64,000 nt of DNA from Podarcis filfolensis (lineage: Eukaryota). Positions 23,201 to 35,300 of this stretch are shown here, in pieces; position 1 is the stretch's first letter; every line of letters starts with the position of its first letter. The notes beneath the pieces are model-generated. The model did no database searches. It had not been told where the DNA came from and saw only the letters and a list, made by a program, of their open reading frames with translations. The stretch lies in NCBI GenBank assembly GCA_964270895.1, contig OZ185437.1, one strand, 5' to 3'. The position numbers and the translations under genes were made by a program.

Positions 23201-25386
23201 TTATCCAGTTATCAAAATCTACAATGGTCGCCCAAGCTGCTTACAACATGCTAAACAAGATTTAACTCAGTATATGCTATACAGAGGGACCTCAAAACAC
23301 AGAATAAGGTTCGGAATGGGAAGGAAACCTAATAAAAATTGGTGACTCACTTTTCATATCTTCAACGACGTTTTGACTCTGCTGCAGAAGTCGTTTGGTT
23401 ACACAGAGCTCTTCTTTTAACTGACAAATTTCTTGCAACTGTTGAGCCGACTGGCAGTGAAGGAGGCCATTTTGCTTCTTTGTTTCCTTGGACAGCAAGA
23501 ATTAAACAAGTGACAGTTAAAGAATTGGCTACCTTTGACTAAGGTTCTTTGACTCATTGAGCCAGCTAAGACATACATTCCGAGTTTGCTAAACCATAGT
23601 TTACCAAGCCAGGAACTAGCAGCGGGTCTTCTCCCCTTGCTCAGCAATCTTGGGTACCCAATCCCTTCCTTTCGTATTAGTTCTCAGAAGCTTAAACTAC
23701 ACTTCCCCCATTATGCCCAAAATGGGGAACTATGGTTTAATGTCGGTTTACTACCCATCGTTTAAGATCCTGGTTAATAAGCTGACCTTCAAACCATAGT
23801 TCCTTGCTTTCAGACATAATGGAAGTAGGAGCAATGTGCTGAGAAAGGGAGGAGAGCGTGCATAGACAACTCCAGCTTGCTAAAGTATAGCCACTGCTTG
23901 CAGGGAACTTTTAAATTGCAAATAGAGGATCCAGTAAGAAATAAAACAAAAACAACTGCTGAGAAGGCTTTGCTAGGAAAAATATCAAGGGAGATGAAGT
24001 CTCCAATGTGATTCCAGGCACAACAGTGACCTTGAACCATACTTTCTTTTCTTTCTGGATGTATAGCCTACCATCCAAGCCCAAACATATAATTCAGGCA
24101 CTTTACATGTAGGAACATTGCAATTATCTAGCCAGCTATACCTTTTCAGGTCGTCTGGCCCACACAGTCCCATCATCAGGAGAAGAGTGGAAACGGCTGT
24201 GGCTAATTGACTTGCCTCCCAGCCCACAGACCAAGATAAGAGGGCTGCTGAAATGAAGGCCTTTAGAGATTGCCGTGAGGGTGCCAACCCCTTTAATTTT
24301 GAACTGTTGAATGCATTATCCGGTAGGAGGAAGTGTGTGATGTATTATTATTGGGCAGTAGCTAGAACTGCATTTTTGCCGCCCCGAGCAACTGTCTCGA
24401 TTCTCATGCACTTGTGCATTTCAGAGCTGCTTAATACCGCTCAGTGTGAGAGACTGAACCGAACCCTGCATTGGAGAGAGACAGGAAGGAGGGGTGGAAA
24501 TGTTGCTCTTTATATATTATATATGGCCTTAGTCTGAGGTGGGTGAATGAGCTGGTTGTCAATTATGCTTAATGCTGCTATGTATTTTTGTAGACCAGAT
24601 GTTTGCTTTGTAATAAATGGTTGGCTGGGAATTAGCTTTGTTATCTGTATTCCTGGTGGGAATGCATGAGTGAGACTAGGAGAACTGCTAAGGGTGTATT
24701 TTGGAGAGGTTGCCACCGTGTGAGGGGTGTTTAGGAGTGTAGGCCCAGCTTCTATTTCAGTTATTTCGTTTAGTTGCCAACGATGCTGTTTAGTGGAGTT
24801 TTACTGTATTTTTGTATTTGATATCTTCCTGTATTTTTTGTATTTAAGAAAATGCTTTCTTTTCCTGATAATACATTGGTTGAAATGCGTTATTTTGTAT
24901 TTGACCTTCATCTGTAAGGTTTTATGTTGATGCTTTTGCAACGCTTCATTTGATGCTTTAAGTAAGGTTGTGGAGCGCTTTGAGGTATTTTTTGTTTGTT
25001 TTTTTACATACAAAGCAGTACAGAAATTATTTAAATAATAAGTAAATAATTACTGGAGAAAGCCTTAGCAGTCCAGACATGGTCTACATGCTTTGGACTG
25101 TATCAAGCTGGTCTGTAGGGCTAACGTCTCTAAAATGCGAAAGGAACTTGAAGCTACACTAGCTGCTTAAGACACACCCATTCTAAATGTAAATCCCAAC
25201 TAATGTCTGCCAGATGCAATGATGTCCCTCAGTGTATTCCAAGAAAAAAAGAGAGAAGAGTTACCCTGAAATGTGCTTAGAATCATTTAAAGGTTTATAG
25301 TCCTCAATGTGGTGTATTTTTCATCTTTGTTGGAAGCCGCCCAGAGTGGCTGGGGAAACCCAGCCAGATGGGCGGGGTACAAATAA

Positions 25387-25425
<39 letters not shown>

Positions 25426-28400
25426 TATTATTATTTATTATTATTTATTATAGAAAGGGAAAAAACCACAAAAATGTGTTACATATATAATACAAAGACA
25501 ACTGCACAACATCAGGACCATAATTTTACAAATAGTTCAAGACAGTATTCACTGAAATATAAGGCTTCTCCCTGTGGGTTAAACCACTGTGCTGCTTGGG
25601 CTTGCCAATTGAAAGGTCGGCGGTTTGAATCCCCGTGATGGGGTAAGAACATCAAAGTGCAAGTATGGCCGGCCATATGACCCGGAAAAACTGTCTGCGG
25701 ACAAACGCCGGCTCCCTCGGCCTTTAAAGCGAGATGAGAACCGCAACCCCAGAGTCATTTGTGACTGGACTTAATTGTCAGGGGTCCCTTTCTTTACCTT
25801 TACTCTCTCCCTATCTGAACTAAGTAGATAAAAAAGATGCAAAAGAGAATGACGACTTCCTGACATCTAGAGGTTCTGCACACATCTGAGCAATTCAGCT
25901 GTGGGAAACAAAAAACGCATTTTATGCTATGTACTTTCTGGCTTAGAAGGCTTCTGAAAGGAAGCCATGTTTGGTCCAGTAGCCCAATTCCACCACACTT
26001 TTCCACAAACGCAAATAACCTTCTCCTCCATCAAGCGAGAGTTATCGGTTGACAACTGCCCTATCATTTCTTATACACCAAGAGAACGGCAGCAGAAATA
26101 TTATCACACTGGCAGGCTACAGCTGACAGGCAGTGCACTCTAAGCAGCTGCCAAGCGGCATATGCTAAGTAAGGAAACCTCTAGCCTGCTATAAATTATG
26201 CCAGGACAAGGGGGTTTTGCAGGTCAAAAAAGGGGGGGGGGGTGTATCAGAGAACCACAACCCAATCACGGCCCCTTTAGTGCTTAATGGAAGAGGGAAA
26301 CTCGACAGCCAAAGGTCTCTGAGTTAAAACTGCTATCAGAGACAGGGTTAGAACTCATGGAGGCTTCGGGGCCAGGTCTTTTCGGCAGAAAGCAGGTATC
26401 TCGCGGATAGATAAATCAAAAGCTAGCCGCCCTCCTGAACAGTAGATCCTAAACACACGATCGCCTTGCATCTAAACTCTTCCCCAGGAAGGAGTGTGAA
26501 ACAATTTGGAGCACTCTGCACTGAACCTTGAAAGCATTAGAAGAAAAAAGAACTGGCCCCTGTCATCATAACTCACTCTCCCTTGGGAAGCAAAAATAAA
26601 AAGCCAGTTCCTAAAGAAAATGGCACGTACAAACACATACCGCCCACTCCTGAGCCGCTAAGATAACAGATGGCATTGGCAGGGCTTTGTTGGTCTCGAG
26701 CCCTCAATTATCCATCTAGTTACTACTAGCAGATGGGCACCAAACGCACCAAAGCCAAATTTAAGAGAAGGGACAACCAGGATGGGAAGCATAAGCTGGA
26801 AATTTGCTGGCAAAGCAGGTCTGTATTTCCAGCTATTTAAGCAAATCAGCCCGAGAGCAAGATTAAACTTGTTGTTGCTTCTGCTCATCGCCCGTCCTCC
26901 CCGCACGCCCCGTGCCGCAACCCCCGCTCAGCTCCCATCAGAAAGAGAAGAGGCAAACTGCAGCGCCAACGTTTCCCACACAAGTGCCCAAATGCAAAAG
27001 CTCAGGGTTTTTCTGACTTTTTTTTTTTTTTTTTTTGGATGCGCAGCGCGTAATGAGCATCCTGCAGTTAAAGGCTCCTTAACAGTTTTAAGCACAAGCA
27101 TAAGGACCATTAGCCGGCGATTTAAAAAGCGCTGCTGGAATACGATCACGGTCAAGTGGCTTAAACGGATGCAGAGAGCAATGGGGCTTTGCATCCTGTG
27201 TGATTATCATTAGGGGCCGGACCAATAAGCTCACGGGACTTTGACAGAAGACACGAGCTCTGGCCTTCATCATCAAACTGTGCACAAGGAAGCAACGAGA
27301 TACTCTTTTATTCCATCCCCACCCCTGGCTTGGCTTTTCTCCTCCCACATCCCAGTTCTCCCAGTGATGCTACCAGCAGGCACATCACCATAGCTGTCAA
27401 CGTTTCCCTTTTTTAAAGGGAATTTCCCTTATTCCGAATAGGATTCCTCGCAAGAAAAGGGAAAAGTTGACAGCTATGCACATCACTCTTTTGAGATGAC
27501 AGGTGCAAGGAGCTGTAGGCTCCGTTAACGTTTGCCGGAGCCTCTTATTAATGATGGGGCCCTGCAGTGAGCCCCTCCCCAATAACAGCTTAGGTAGCCG
27601 GGGGTCTGGCAAAACCTCAGCCAGTCTGGGAGCCTGGGCATTGTGTGGACCGGAGGCTCTGCAGCAGCAATCGAGTCTGCTGCATTTCACTGGATGGGAA
27701 GCAGTCACAGGCGTTTCCAGACGGATCTGCAACTTGCCCCGTTTGGCTGAATGCACCAGTAACGAGGGCAGAAGATACCTCACAAAAGCCTCCTGGATGC
27801 CACCTTTCGAAGTCTCTCCAGAGGTTTGGAGGGGATTCCTACAGAAAACTGTGGGCTGTGTTTCACGGGACTATAGTGGGAGTGGCTAAATAATTTCAAG
27901 TTTGCAGGAACAGTACACTTCACCTAACCAAGTCCTTCGCTGCAGCTTGCAAGTTCAAATATATATCGGCTGATGGTCGATACACGGTCATAAGGCAAAA
28001 ACCTCCATTATCTCTCGCCACTAACACTTGCGCTCTCTCTGGCTTGCAGATCGCGGCTGACAGCCATTCTGACTGCTCTGGGCCAGGTCACAGTGATATT
28101 GTTAACTGTGCAGTTGATGGGTCATGCAGTGTCCTGCTCCTAAATATATCTCTTCTTTGCCAGAACTGAAAGGGCAAGTGGGATTCACATCAGCGACACC
28201 AGGCCATGGGTCGTAAATATGCAATTATTCCTGTAATTCTGTTTACCTCACAGGCTTTTTTCAGTTCGCTTTCCTTCAGCTGCATTGCCTGAGTAGCCTG
28301 GTCCGCTCGACTCAACTTCTGTGAAAAATCATCAACCTTTTTTTCCAATTGCTGCTTTGCAGACTTAGTCTAAAGGGGAAAAGATGGCACGTTTTACTTT

Positions 28401-30681
28401 GCAGCCACGTGTGACATTAAACGATACGGAAATATTCTCAGTGCAGCTGGGGATTCACAGAAGAGGCCACTTAGAAGCATGTTTTTGGAGGTCAGTGACT
28501 GGGATGATGAGGGGGTCTAGAAACCTATGAGGAACGTTTGAAAGAGCCACGTTTGTTGAGCCTGGAGAGGGCTAAGGGGAGAAGACAGAAGACAGAGCCG
28601 ACTTGTTGCTTCAGAGAGCAGGCCTAGAACCAAGGCAGATTTCTGCTCAGCATTAAGAGAGCCAGGGTAGCCTAGTGCCCAGGACCTGGGAGACCAGGGT
28701 TCAAATCCCCTCAAAGCTCATTGGGTGACCTCAGGCCACTCACTATATCTCAGCCTAGCCTACCTCACAGGGTTTCTGTGAGGAAAAAATGCAGAGGGGG
28801 GATATGTGTGCCACCTTGAGCTCCCTGGAGAAAAAGTGGGATATAAATGTAATAAAAATACTAAATTAAAAATAATTATTTAATTAAAGAGATCTTGGTG
28901 AACCAAACAGCCTCAGGAAGTGGTGAGCTGTCCCTTACTGGAGTTATTTCAGCAGTGACTGGATGGTTTGTTTGTTTTTATTATTTAAAAAATGTCATTG
29001 ACTTGAAAGATTCATGCGCTGAGGGAGCTGCACAAGCTCACCTCCAAGATCCCATCTGACTCTATAAAGTTCTAGGATCCCTCCCCCTCACCAGCCATGT
29101 TTAAAAACTACCTACTTTCTCAAGTTCTGCTTGAAGAAGATTGTAGTTGTTCTTGGCTTGATGCAGTTCCCCTTGCAATTTCGTTTTCACTTGATTGAGC
29201 TGGAGAGACGCTTCCTAAAACAGCAACGTTGGGGGAAACGAAAATGATTATAAACCAGGAATGTGGCAAATTGTCAGATATTCCTGACCTGATCTCAGGT
29301 GGTGAAGGAAATGAAAAAAATAATAATGGGTGAAATTTCCAAGTTGCTATGCACCCTGAAGACCTGCATGGCTTTTTGTTGGTGAGCCTTTTACTAAGAA
29401 AGGAACAATGAGGAAATTGGAATATATAAATAGATATTTTCTACTGTTCCACTTTTCATTATGATTTTGTTGACAAGAAGGGTGGGAAGGATTCAATTGC
29501 ATATACAATTCACTGAATCGCATCTATGGCCTGTAAAACTGGTGCCATCAGCCCAGTGGGGCCTTAGAGACTTAGTTTTTCTTGAACAGCTGCCCTCCTA
29601 TGGCAAATTGCTTTGGAAACCAGAAGAGTTTCAAAAGCAGCTTGTGACATGGCATGAAGGTTAGGAGTTCAAAGGAAAAAAAGGGGGGAGGCAAAAACTC
29701 CACCGAAATTGCACACCCTGCATGTGAGCTTAAGTAGGTATGCTGATTCTAGCCTAAGTAGGCAACATTGGAGGACGTAGGAGAGAAATCAAATGTATCT
29801 GCTGGTATGCAACTTGTGGCAGGAACGAAAGAAATATTAAGGAGCAGGGCAGATTAAAGCTGCAATCCTATGCACGCTTATTTGGAAGGTAAAAAGAAGC
29901 ATTTTTTCCATGGACTGAAATGGGAATATATATTTTTAAATTTACTGGTCTTCATTCTTAAAAGAAATGCAAATCTTCGTTAAACCTTGATAGTCCTGGT
30001 ATTTTGAAAGATGCCCAAGATATCAAGAAACAAGCCAATAAACAGGCTGTTCACCTGTGGATGTGGGCTGATGGAAGTGCGATGCAGGACTGAACATTAG
30101 CAGGATCCTTCCAGGGACCCATGGGCTCCCCCAACCCCCCTTTCACTTGTGAAAATTTCCCCCTTCCCTGGCTTTACCTCCTGGTACTCTTTCTCCTTCT
30201 CTTTCATTTTCTGTTGCAAAGAGTGTTGGGCTCTTTCAAAATTTTGTCTCTGGCAGTTCAGCTCCTCTGAAAGCCTTTTCACCTTTTCCTCGGATGCGGT
30301 GTGCTATAAAACGAGTAATTTCAATATCACAAGGGTTAGAATTATCTGGAACTAATATGAGCTGAATTAAATTATAGCTGGAAAAGGGGGGAACAGTAGA
30401 GCATCTTAGAATAAAACAAATAAGAATGAATTATTTATAGATGAATAATTGTGAAGCATGAGGTAAGGAAGTTGTCACCCTCACAGAGCAATGGGAAAGA
30501 CTTCGTTTCACCTGCTCAGGTAGGATTGCTGCTGTTAAAATGCTTTTTTCCCAGTTCTTGCTAGCAACGACAACAACTCAACAGATATAGCCATAACTTA
30601 TTTCAGTATATGGCATAATGGAAAATTAGGGCCAGGATTTTATATTTTTTGGGGTTGGTTGGTTGGTTGGTTGGGGGGAGG

Positions 30682-30725
<44 letters not shown>

Positions 30726-32310
30726 CAGTCAATCCCAAATTTACAATCATATTAGGCAGCAAACTAGATTAATTAGATGGTAGACTGGACAACAGGGTTG
30801 AATTCCACTACATCAGGCTTACATAGGTAATGTCGGGAGGGTGGTTCCATGGTTCTGCTCCACATCAACCACTACTGAGGTCCACTGAAAAGCATTGCTT
30901 CAGCAGATATCAGATTATATGAATGTCTCTCCAATATCAGATCCACAAAAATATACAATGAGTGTTGTGCATGCATGTGGGAAATGCCTCTTAAAAAGTC
31001 TAAGATTTAATAAAGCACCTTACCTGATTCATGGTCTGGTCAAGTTGTGCGTTAATTCTAGTTACTTCGTTTCTACTCTTCTTCAGAGCTGTATCTTTTT
31101 CTGTCGACTCCATTTTTATATGTTCCAGCTGCAGCTTAGTTTCCTGAAGTTTAGCCGTGGTTGATTTCAAATCCTGTGTTTGAATCTGTAGATTACGTTC
31201 CAGTTCTTGAATCTTGGATCTTAACTCTGTATATACACAAAAGTGTGAATAATATAGTGTTGCTTCATATACCTTGGACAGAGTTTGCTTGCTTCTCTAC
31301 AGGGAGATATTGAAATCATCTCTGCATACGAGTTTGTAAAATGCATTGTTAGCTTAGCTTTGTAAACACATCTGCCTTGAAACCCTCTTAAAAATCATAC
31401 TTAAATTCTGGCATAATATACCTATGAGTGATTGGGAACGATTATGGAAAAAAATATATTAGGTTCACTTTTATGTTATAATTTAAAAGAAAATATAATG
31501 AAAATGCAATACAGGTGGAACTTAACCCCAGTCAAATTGGCAAAGATATATAAAAATAACACAAATATGTGTTGGAGGTGTAAAGAAGGACTAGGAACGT
31601 TTATCCACATGTGGTGGGAGTGCAAGAAAATAAGAGAATTTTGGGAGGTTATTTACAATGAAATTTTTAAAAATGTTTAAATTCTCCATTAACAAAAAAC
31701 CTGAGGCTCTTTTACTTGGTATTATGCAACGAGAAATTTAAAAAACTGCTCGACCCATATTTATATACGCGACCACCGCAGCTAGGATTATAATAGCCAA
31801 AAATTGGAAAAGCAATAACATTCCCACGAATATTGACTGGTTAGTAAAAATGATGGAGTACTCACAGCTTGCAAATTATCTGGGAGATTAAGAGGAAACA
31901 CCATACAAAGAGTCAATAAAGATTGGTCAATATTTAAAGACTATCTCAAAATTTATATAGAAAATACAAATCTGACAGATGTATAAATAAATCTAATAAA
32001 TAGAGAAGTTGAATGAGAAAAGATGAAATTATTACAAAAGAAAAACAAAATAAGCAAAATGAAATGTGCATAGATTTAATGAGTGACAAAATTACATAGT
32101 GAGACTGGCTGGAAGTCAATAATCACAGTATGTTCGCATCTTGGTTGGTAGGTAGGTAGAAGGGGTGGTGAAGGTGAAGTATGTGTTGTATGTTTTGTAT
32201 GTAATATATGTAAAGTAATGTTAAGTATATATTGTTTTGTAAAGTATTGATATTTATAATAAAATCGGGGGGGGGGGATCATACTTAAATTCTTTTGAGT
32301 TCTCTAGATA

Positions 32311-32342
<32 letters not shown>

Positions 32343-35300
32343 GTAATGATGATGTCCTGATCTTGGGCAAGCATGTAACTCAGGGATGCAGAACCAGTAG
32401 ACCCCCAGATATAGCTGGACTCCAACTCCCATCATACCCAACTCGTGGCTGGGCTAATGGAATCCAACATCTGGAGGGCCACAGGTTCTCCATCGCTGAT
32501 GCAAGCATTTGCAATCTGGAATGAGCACTACTATACCACTGTAGTGCCAGCATTGCAAGGACATCAGTTGCATTGTGTTGCAGGAAGCTAACTAACTGCA
32601 AAGTTCAAGAACGAGTTCAAGTTTGTTACGATATTTGCGAGATACCTTGGTTCTGGATTTTCATCTTGTCAATGAATGAAGAGTCCTTGCAACTGTCTGA
32701 GACGCTGCTGGTGACCTCTTTCTTTGCCGATCTCCGGTCTTTGTCACTGGGAGTTGTCCCAGATTCCCAAGGAAAATGCGATGGCATTGACCCGCTGCTC
32801 ACAGGAGTTTCTTGACTACTGGATAAAGGCCGGCTTGGCGTTTTCTCTTGTTGCCATGAGAACACAGAGGAGGAAGCCTGTTGCCGGGCAATTTCTCTGC
32901 GACTTATAGTACTTTCAGGATGCGAGGGGATTGTTTTCTTTTAAAAACAAAAGAAGAGAGGGAAAAAATGCTTACCTAATTGGACTGGCCTCAATACAGA
33001 AGATTCTTCAGAGAAAAAGAATTGACTACTGAGAGCTGGAACAAACAACAGAGGTCACTCTCTAGCATACTGTTCTTTATGAGGAGAATGAAAACCTCTA
33101 CGCATTCATCATTCTTCAACCTGTATGACAGTTTTGCAATCTGAAAGTCAACTGTGGGCTGCTTCACTATTTTGTTTAGCTTTCTTTTGGTTGAGAAACT
33201 CCACCTTTCCTATTCTGAACCAATTCTTTGTGTTAACAGCATTCTAAGCCTTGTTTCATACCATTACTTGACACTTCACGCTCTTCAGTTCAGCTTCCAA
33301 CCTCCTCCTTTCTTCTGTTTCTTTGTTGTATTTTACTTGAAGCTCCTCAAACTTTGAATCTGTTCGTGCAAAAAATAAACATCTCAATAAGCTTATGAAG
33401 CAAATGTTATACGTCTCTGTGTGTCCTTATAAAAAGAACAAAGATACTGAAGTGTGATGTTTCTCAACATGGCATACTAGCAAATCATGCCATTCTGATG
33501 TAAGGAGCATCCTTTACAATACATAAAGGCTCTGTCTGCATACAGAGGCAAGCTAAAGTACTTGGATTAAGAAACCAGAGCGTGCAAAAAGCAAGAGCTT
33601 CCTGACAACTAGAAGAATGGCATCTTGTAAATCACAAGTTTGGAATATTGCTGGACTACAATTCCTATCATCCCTGACCTTTGGTCATTCTGGCTAGGAT
33701 TGATGGAAGGTAAAGGTAAAGGGACCCCTGACCATTAGGTCCAGTCGTGGCCGACTCTGGGGTTGCGGCACTCATCTCGCTTTATTGGCCGAGGGAGCCG
33801 GTGTACAGCATCCGGGTCATGTGGCCAGCATGACTCTGGCGAACCAGAGCAGCACACGGAAACGCCGTTTACCTTCCCGCCGCAGCGGTACCTATTTCGC
33901 CGTTTACCTTCCCGCCGCAGCGGTACCTATTTATCTACTTGCAATGCTAGGTTGGCAGGAGCAGGGACCGAGCAACGGGAGCTCACCCCGTTGCGGGGAT
34001 TCGAAACGCCAACCTTCTGATCGGCAAGTTCTAGGCTCTGTGGTTTAACCCACAGTGCCACCCACGTCCCATTTGATGGAAGGTAGCGTGAAACAATTTC
34101 TAGAAGAAGAGAAGAGTTTGGATTTGATATCTCGCTTTATCACTACCCGAAGGATTCTCAAAGCGGCTAACATTCTCCTTTCCCTTCCTTTCCCACAACA
34201 AATACTCTGTGAGGTGAGTGGGGCTGAGAGACTTCAGAGAAGTGTGACTAGCCCAAGGTAACTCAGCAGCTGCATGTGGAGGAGCGGGGAATCGAACCCG
34301 GTTCACCAGATTACCTGTCCACCGCTCTTAACCACTACACCACGCTGGCTCTCAGATTCGCCATTCCCTAGGGCAAACAAACCAGGTGATGCCTCTAGTT
34401 ACGAACTTAATTTGTTCTGGTACCTCTAGTTAAGAACTTAATCCGTTCTTAACCTGAAATTGTTCTTAACTAGAGGTGTCCTTTCGTAATGGGGGCTCTT
34501 GCTGCTGCTGTGCCGCCGGCACACGATTTCCGTTCTCATCCTGGGGCAAAGTTCTCAACTCGAGGTAACTCTTCCAGGTTAGCGGAGTTTGTAACCTGAG
34601 GCGTTTGTAACTCGAGGTACCACTGTATAGAGAACAGTCTAGTGTTATGTCTGAACCTGAGGTTGTGGTTTGTTTTTCCGTAAGAAACCAACCAGGAGTT
34701 AAGGCTGGCTAACAAGTATGGTTTGTTAGGGTAAAACAAACTTTTGTCCCAAGTACAGTACGGACCTCCAGAACGAATTAAGTTCTTAACCTGAGGTACC
34801 ACTGTACAGGCATAAGGCTAAGCTGTCCTCTTCTGGCTTGTTCATCCACTCACACCAGAGGAGGAACAAATCAGGAGCAACTGTTTATATGCACCAGCAC
34901 AATATGGTGTAATAAGCAAAGAGCCCTGGCTTACTAATTTTATGTTTGTTGAATTGTGTTAAGGAAAAAGAGTAACAAAGAACATTGGTATCCAAGTGTT
35001 GCACATTTAACAATCATCAGAATTATGCATGCAAAAGTGAGGAAGGATAGTTGAGAAAGAGGAAAGATGGAAATATTTGACAGCAAAAAGCAGTTGTTAA
35101 GCTGGACATAATCTTAAGGAAACAAGGAAATTATAGAGAAAAACTGGAGTCTGGAGGCCGGTTGAGCAATACCGTACATAAAAAGAGCATTCAAAACATA
35201 AGAAACTGGGATAGATTATATTATATGTTGATATGAAGAAACTAAAGTTAAAGTGTAAATTTTAAGCATTATTTGTTACGTTAATAAGGTTGGTTTTATT

